Shown: piece after piece, positions 56,619 through 64,000 of the stretch
Numbering within the stretch: position 1 is the stretch's first letter
Layout: every line of letters starts with the position of its first letter
Assembly (NCBI GenBank): GCA_951406725.2
Contig: OX597821.1
Location: 43,648,001 to 43,712,000 of the forward strand
Origin: Octopus vulgaris
Lineage: Eukaryota
Reading direction: 5' to 3'
DNA length: 64,000 bases
Translations under genes and position numbers: made by a program
The notes under the pieces: model-generated
The model's database searches: none
Seen by the model: only the letters and a program-made list of their open reading frames with translations
Told to the model about the DNA's origin: nothing

Positions 56619-56967
56619 TAGTAATCAATGTTTAATGCAGGCTAAATGCTGGTTCTGGTGATTTATGTAAAGAAAGACTTTTCTTATTGATTTTTGCACA
56701 AAACAAAAATTTATATTAAAAAGAAGGATGATTGGTTAAATTTATCTGAGCAGGTTTTGTACATGGAACATACAGGAATAAAATTGTCTTTAACCTGACA
56801 GTTGATTGTGTTTACCAACTCATCTCCCTGATAATTTTAAATATTGTATGTACACAAAGGAGTTGATGTTACCATGGATAAGAACAATCTCTATCCAGAA
56901 CACATCCATCTTCATTAATCTGAAATATCTTACAGTTTTGCAATTATTATGACATTATTCATAGTCA

Positions 56968-57056
<89 letters not shown>

Positions 57057-58030
57057 GCGCACACACACACACGTGCACACATGCATGCATGCACACACAC
57101 GCACACACATTTATACATAAAACATCCATATACAGACATGCATACATGCATACACATCCCCAAGCAAACACACTGTATATGCTACCAGAGAAATACAACA
57201 AAAAAAACCCAACAACGACAACAACAATAAGTATATGCACGACTAATGTTGTTTGTTAGAAACTAAGTATAATGTCTAAGAAAAGCTGACCTCAATGAGA
57301 AGAAACAATAAACTATTTGACAGGAAACATTGACTTTTAACTAGAAAAACTGGTAAAATTACTAGAGCCATTGGTTTGTGTATTTTTACTGTAATCACCA
57401 TAGCTAAATAATATCTCTCTGTTTTTTGCCTTATTTTCTTCACATTCATGGTCATGATATAACATTTAGCAGAACTGGTAGAGCATCAGAGAAAATTTGC
57501 TGTGGTACTTAGTTACTACATACCTTTATGTTTCAAGATCTAATCCTACTTAGATTGACTTTTCTTTCATCCTTCTGCAAATGATAAAAGAACTATTTGT
57601 GAAAAACTGGGAATTAAATCTGCCTATGTTATGTTTAAAAAAAAAATCAATGTTTACTTGTGGACAAACTATTGTGTAGTGTTTAGCTATAGCTCTTTAT
57701 GTTGTGAGTTCAAATCCCTCTGAGGTTACTTTCTCTTTTTATCACTCTGGGGTTGATAAATTAAAGTGCCACTCAAGGAATGGGACTGATCAGAGTTGAT
57801 TTTACCTTTCCTCCTTACTTGTCCTGTGCCCATATTAGAAATTCCTACACAGCAGCTATATCAGTCTGTCTGGTACGACATGATAAAGAGATCAAGATCA
57901 GGACAAGCAGTCTCCCTGCAGCACCCTTCTACAGATTGATTTTGTTTAACATTAGCATTTTTTATACATAGATATCTATTATTCTTAATCATACATGTAT
58001 GTCACTTACACATGCACTTACTCACAAACA

Positions 58031-58119
<89 letters not shown>

Positions 58120-58559
58120 GTATATAGTAAGAAACAATTGTACTAAACTACTGGACCCATTCTTGTTGCTTATTTTTTATTATAATCACCCCGCATATTT
58201 TTATGGGTAATACCATAAAAAAATTCTGGTGCATCTAAATTAAGTACCATATTCATTTGAATCTAAATTGTTTGCTGAACTTATATATGTATATATATAT
58301 ATAAAAGGCAGGATGTGTGTGTGTGTGTAGTAGGTGAATGTAATTTATGCACATCCACAAATTAGCACGCATGTAGCTCAAATTTTAGGAGGACATTCGT
58401 CATGATCCTAGCTGTATTTTGGTCAAATTATTTTTTCCCCAAGGCACTAGCGAATAGCGGTAAAAATAATTTTGAACCATAACTTCTAACAATTTTCAAG
58501 TCGGAGAAATCCACCATTATTGGTAAACATGAGTTAAGTTCCCTTCTAGCAATGTGTTA

Positions 58560-58774
58560 CTGTTATCTATCGCTCTCTCTCTCTCTCTTGACACACACTA
58601 ACAAAACAACTTCTCATACACACTACACGTTCTGTGTTGCATACCCCATCAAGCACGCATACACACACACACACACACATGGGGTGTGCAACACAGAAAG
58701 TGTAGTGTGTATGAGAAGTTGTTTTGTTAGTGTGTGTGTGAGGGGAGAGAGAGAGAGAGAGTGATAGATAACAG
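58560..58774. repeat. inverted repeat with ~90-bp arms around a (CA)n spacer
   Basis: ctgttatctatc..gttgcataccccat pairs with atggggtgtgcaac..gatagataacag. Confidence 0.9.
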
Positions 58775-59065
58775 ATTTTTAAAATTTCGTCTTTAGTGAG
58801 TGATTGACAGACAAAAAGAGACAGAGGGGTTGTTATGTATGTGTGAATGGCTTCAGTCACACACACGAACATGTATGCATACAAAAAAACATGTATGAAT
58901 AGGTGTACATATGTGCACGTGCGTGTGTGTGTGTTGCCCGTATATATAAATATATATATAAAGTTAATCCAAATATGAAAACTCAAAGTGAAAACACAAC
59001 AACGTGAGGACGTGGAACAACTATAGTGTTATTAGACACTCAGGAAAGGAAAGAAAAAAAGGAGG

Positions 59066-59100
59066 ATTTAACATTTTGAGCGGAGCTCTTTGTCAGAAAC
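59066..59100 (-). ncRNA. CpG-decayed minimal hammerhead motif
   Basis: gttt-CTGACAA-a-gagc-tcc-gctc-AAAA-tgtt-aaat; restoring three CpG transitions gives CTGACGA..GAAACGTT. Confidence 0.5.
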
Positions 59101-59530
59101 ATAGGAAAAGGAAAGATCCAAGGAAGGGAAGAAGGAGGAAAAAAAATCGCCAATGATACACACGCAGTCACACACACACATATATATATATATACACACA
59201 GACACACACACACACAATATATATATATATATATATTTACACACACACAATATAAACAATATTTTCCGTTTCTCCACAACTAATTTCCAAATTAGCTGAA
59301 TCTGTTGCTCTACTCATTGCGACATATAGCTGATCGCGCATGAACATGGGAGAGAGCAGAAGTTACCAGAGCAAAAATCCTAAGTGTTGACTGTACACAT
59401 GCTCCTTTACAAATGATCAGTTGTTATTTTGTAACAGTGGTGGTGGGATGGGTGCAGGGCAAGGGCGTACAAAAAACATATATGCAATAGGTGTATGTAC
59501 GTATGTGTTTGGTGTGTGTGTGTGTGTTGC

Positions 59531-59570
<40 letters not shown>

Positions 59571-59702
59571 GATGTGTGTATTTTTCCCTTGTTAACAATT
59601 AACACGGAAAAATATATAAATAGTTACCAGGGTAATACGTATAATTTCACTGTGATGAAAAGAAAAAACATCTTCATATAGATATTGGTGTATATTTGTA
59701 CG

Positions 59703-59739
<37 letters not shown>

Positions 59740-59835
59740 CGGGAAGCTTTATGAAAATAAACAAAAGACGAAGGCAGGTGGAATACAAACAAACAATTGT
59801 ACTAGTATGGCGCTCAGGAATATAAATAAAACAAG

Positions 59836-59873
59836 TCTTTTACGTTTCGAGCCTACGCTCTTCAACAGAAAGA
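59836..59873 (-). ncRNA. minimal type I hammerhead with variant core CUGUUGA
   Basis: tcttt-CTGTTGA-a-gagc-gtag-gctc-GAA-acgt-A-aaaga. Confidence 0.65.
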
Positions 59874-60220
59874 TACACAGAAAAGAAACATGGAAAGAAA
59901 CAAGGAGAGAAAAAAAATGCGTGCAGAGGCTAGCGAATCAACATGATATATATACATGTTGCCCATATGCATGGACTTGTGTGTATGAAGAAGAACAATA
60001 TTGTAATAACCTTGGTCTAACTGTACGTTTTTTATTATATTTATATATATATATATATATATGTTTGCATTGATTGTGGTTTTAAAATTTATGAAATTAA
60101 ATCTACCGTAACGAATTGTTTATATTGTATCGTAATATATGATATATTAGAATCTACTATAATATGTATTGTGAAGTGAAGATTACTCTAAATCTAATAA
60201 TATTGTTATTATTGATAAAT

Positions 60221-60274
<54 letters not shown>

Positions 60275-60557
60275 GTAATAATTAAATATTGTTCGTGTAG
60301 TCATGAGCATGGACATATGTATATGTTCCAGTATATATGTATATGTATGTATATGATGAATGATCTATTTGCTTGGACCTATTGTTTAATTGTGCTTATT
60401 TATGTATTTATACACATGTAAAGGTTATATAATTTGCTTATGTATATATATATATATATATATGTGTATGTGTATATGGATATATGTTTATATTTATATA
60501 TATTGAATTGTACGTGTATCCTGTTTCATGTATTTATACTTTGAAAGTTCTTTATAA

Positions 60558-60680
60558 TCTCTGATGAGACCTATGGTTATATATAAGTACCCTATTTTTA
60601 AATGTCTACAACCTCAATATAATTGACAACTATAGGCACTGAAAAACTACTTTTTTCTATAGGCTGAAACAGCTGTAAGA
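60558..60680 (+). ncRNA. type I hammerhead with a long stem II insertion
   Basis: tct-CTGATGA-gacctatgg..ctataggct-GAA-acagctgt-A-aga; palindromic stem III; short stem I. Confidence 0.65.
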
Positions 60681-60776
60681 GTGATTTTAATGATTTCAAT
60701 AATTTATATCAAGGTTTTTGTAATTATATTCTTATCTCCATTTTCTTATTTGTATTATATATATATTTCTTATTTG

Positions 60777-60821
<45 letters not shown>

Positions 60822-60947
60822 AAGAGAGAGAGAGTTTTTTATGTGATGTACAGATATTGCGTATTTAGAATGATAAGATAGTCAGAATGTTGGATGATTA
60901 TATATAAATATATATTTTTTATTTATTTACATTTTATTTACAATTTT

Positions 60948-61072
60948 AGCACTTTCTTCCATTATCAGATTTATCAAAAAGTGGTTTAAACATAGATTTC
61001 TTATATATAAAAAGGCCAAGAAATCTAACTTTAAACCATTTTTTGATAAATCTGATAAAGGAAGAAAGTGCT
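60948..61072. repeat. inverted repeat with ~55-bp arms and 15-nt spacer
   Basis: agcactttcttcc..tagatttctt pairs with aagaaatcta..ggaagaaagtgct. Confidence 0.88.
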
Positions 61073-61084
61073 GTTCTCTTCTGT

Positions 61085-61510
61085 TTTCAATTATTTGAAA
61101 TTAGGGAAGAGCTGGTTTCTAACAATGACACAAAGCTCCATCATTGGAATGTAGTTAACTAAAACAATGTCACATTTTAAACTTGAGAAAATTCTTGCAT
61201 ATTTTCACTCTTCCACTTACAGATTGCATTTGTAATGAACAAGTTGGTTGATTTCTTTTTCTGAAAATCCTTCCTTATTTAGATTGTCACTTAAAGATTG
61301 TCATTTACTCACAAAACCAAGTGTACCAATTGTTATTGGTATAAATATAAATTCATAATCTGGGTATAAAGCTGGAGGTTTCGAAACGGTTGTCCAGAGT
61401 TATTTTCATTCTTTTTGATTTTGGAAGAGACATTCACATCATCAGGGCAGCTGACTTATACAGTGATACATAATATTTCTTGTTTGCCTCAGACAACAGT
61501 ATCTGGCCTG
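61085..61510 (-). mobile_element. divergent subfamily of the 11143 R4-like element, 3' end
   Basis: QMQSVSGRVKICKNFLKF versus QIQSITGTVKICKTFQKF; similar 3' UTR. Confidence 0.75.
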
Positions 61511-61519
61511 TTATATTCA

Positions 61520-61860
61520 CACTTGACAGTTGTTTTGATGCCACCTCATCAGCCACATAGACAACTCACCAATAGATTATGCTCAATTTGTTATTGCAGA
61601 TCCACTTACATGTGATGTATGCAGCAAAGTCTGCAAGCGCCACTCTGGACTGAGGAACAATTGAAAATCCATAATAATCTTCCACCTGAGAGGCCTAACC
61701 ATCAGACTAATAACACAGATTTGCTGTCTTTGTGGCAAACTCTGTAAGTCTCTCACTGGTTTCGAAAGTCATAACTGATTTCACATTCACAGAAACAATC
61801 AGTTATAAGTTAACCTATCAGCAATGGTCATGCTTGTTTAATGAGTTGACAGCCATCATG
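61520..61860 (+). mobile_element. RTE-like 3' end with two decayed C2H2-like fingers
   Basis: LTCDVCSKVCKRHSGLRN and ICCLCGKLCKSLTGFESH, then a short UTR ending gccatcat(gtat)n. Confidence 0.65.
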
Positions 61861-62006
61861 TATGTATGTATATATGTATAGGTTAAAGTAGTAGTGAAAA
61901 GTAAACAATTAGACAATGCAGGACAAGGACATTTAAACTCATTTAATTCGATCTAAAATTTAACTAAATAACGAGTGGTGAAAATAGTAGAGAATGGTAA
62001 AGATAG

Positions 62007-62096
62007 TCTCTGACAGCTGTTTCTGGGATATCCTAGCTATTGAAACATTGTATCAAGGGAAGACTCTGTAAGTTGGGTTTTCCATCATCGGAGAAA
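62007..62096 (-). ncRNA. type I hammerhead with variant core CCGAUGA
   Basis: tttct-CCGATGA-tgg..cca-GAA-acagctgt-C-agaga. Confidence 0.6.
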
Positions 62097-62462
62097 TATA
62101 GATTAGACAGTGGAAAAATGTTCCTCATCAATGGTATTTGTTGTGGTTCATTATATCCAGGAAGGTGGGAGCGTCTAATTAAATCCAATTGGATAGGGTC
62201 TTCTTTAGGTAAATCCGTGATCAGAAAGACTGGTTAAGTGATACAGCATGGTGAGAAGAGGGAAAGAATTCTTATGCAGAACTCCATATTGAGGGTAAAT
62301 GAAAATGAATGCTAGTAGATCCAAAGATGTGCAAATACTGGTGGCACACCTATTTCAGCATTCAGAATGCACACCTATTAGTTTGAGTCATGTTTGACAA
62401 AAACTCCTCACATTCTCTATATGTATATATGTATGTACTTATAATATAGAAATGTGGGTATA

Positions 62463-62600
62463 TTATAGCTATAACATTGGCAGAGTATGTCATAGCTATG
62501 ACATTAGTACAAAATATATAATAGCTATGACATCAGCACAGAATATGTCATAGCTATGATATTGTCATCAGATAATCATTGCTAAGACTTTGGCACATAT
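62463..62600. repeat. ~29-bp minisatellite (about 5 units) with palindromic core
   Basis: tagct core at 62466, 62493, 62522, 62551 and ~62579; the best unit contains the palindrome atgtcatagctatgacat. Confidence 0.8.
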
Positions 62601-63410
62601 TGACTTGATAACATATTTCTACCATATATTTCCCATTGCCATTTAGTTTCATTGACCTACCCAATCAAGACTGGAGATATATTCTATATTTAACTGTCTT
62701 TTTTTATATATCTATATTGATTCTATAGTCTACAATCAATAACGATCTTTTGTTTTATCATATTTTAATAGCTAAACATTGATCTTATTCAGCTAAAATT
62801 AGATTTTCAGTTTCTATGTTTAGACCAGAGCTTTTGAGTCATTGTTAAACTATATAGTCTGGATCATTTCATCTCTGTCCAGTCTTGTAAGATATTGACA
62901 AAACATCATCAGTTTTTCATTATTTGTTGAGCTCAATTTTGATTTTAACTAATTTTTTTTTACATCATCTTCTTCCATTTTGTCTTTCTCTAAACCTTTA
63001 ACCTTCAGTTTATTTTTACCCTAGCTTTGAATTACATACAAAGAAAAGCTTTTTATTTTAGCCATGTTATCATATTACATTAATCAGTCTACATTTACTT
63101 TACTTCTAAATATTGTTCTTAATCCATTGTAGTTACTTTGTAATAGCTTATCATTTATTACAAACTGTCGTTGCTCTGTGTATGTGTATGTATGTGTGCA
63201 TCTGTATGTATTTGCATGTGTGTGTATGTGAGTGTGTATATGCATGATGGTGTGGATGTGTGGGTATGGATGTGTGTGTGTTGTGTATGTGTGTGTACAT
63301 GTTAAGTAAAGCCTATTGATATCGGCTTTAGGAGCATAGGTTCAGATAGAATATAGTGTCTAGTTTTCATGCTTTTCTTTTTATTATTTAACTCCTTTAG
63401 TTCACTTAGA

Positions 63411-63730
63411 TTCCATCCATCCATCATTTCACCCAGCCATCCATTTATCCATTCATTCATCCACCTGTTCATACACCCAACTCTCCGTCAATTTGTCCAA
63501 CCATACACCCATCCAATGATATATCCATTGACTCACCTCTCCATCCATCTATCCATCCATTCATCCTTCTACCCATTCATTCATCCATCCATCTATCCGT
63601 CCATTCACCATCCATCCATCCATCTATCCATCCATCCGTTCATTCTTTCATTCATTTATCCATCTACTCATCCTTTATCCATCTCTCCATCCATCTGGCC
63701 ACCCAACCATCCACCCATTTACTCATTTAC
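63411..63730. repeat. degenerate (CCAT)n microsatellite
   Basis: Seen directly. Confidence 0.9.
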
Positions 63731-64000
63731 CTTATGGTCTACTTTTCCTGTAAGAGTCATGTTGTCAGAGTTCTTAGATATATCCCCCTGATAGATCAAT
63801 TAGAACGACCCACCACCAATTGATCCAGCTAAATCCCAGGTAAAACCAACAGACATAAGGGTATTATCCAACCATTTTGCTCATGATCTACCCTTATGTC
63901 TCCTACTTGTCACATTGGCTATAAAATCTGTAGAGACTTAACTTTTATCATTTTACTTTTACTTGTTTCAGTCATTAGACTGCAGCCATGCTGGGACTCT

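Noticed and set aside
61590-61790. Host C2H2 zinc-finger gene
   Set aside because: Contains stops, lacks TGEKP linkers and is followed by an RTE-type tail
62463-62600. CRISPR-like palindromic repeat array
   Set aside because: Linkers are only ~11 nt and related to each other, repeats are degenerate, the context is eukaryotic and there are no cas genes

Overview
AT-rich, microsatellite-dense eukaryotic DNA with no supportable host protein-coding gene; almost all ORFs in the track are translated simple repeats. The SINE/LINE/microsatellite landscape looks like an octopus (coleoid cephalopod) intron or intergenic region (inference). It contains tRNA-derived SINEs, RTE-clade and R4/Dong-clade non-LTR relics, DD37D (maT-type) relics, piggyBac and hAT derivatives, a non-autonomous Helitron, and one full-length IR/DR-type Tc1 element with an intact DD34E transposase (49829-51457). 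The most striking signal is a set of type I hammerhead ribozyme (HHR) motifs in several unrelated non-coding repeat units next to (TA)n tracts. The best case is a ~507-bp unit arranged as a tandem dimer plus an inverted dimer (23948-25841, four intact HHRs, ~860-bp palindrome arms); a 583-bp partial tandem (19349-20203) is a second case. These look like retrozymes or Penelope pseudo-LTR derivatives that could produce small circular RNAs. All pairings were read by eye, and boundaries of decayed elements are approximate.
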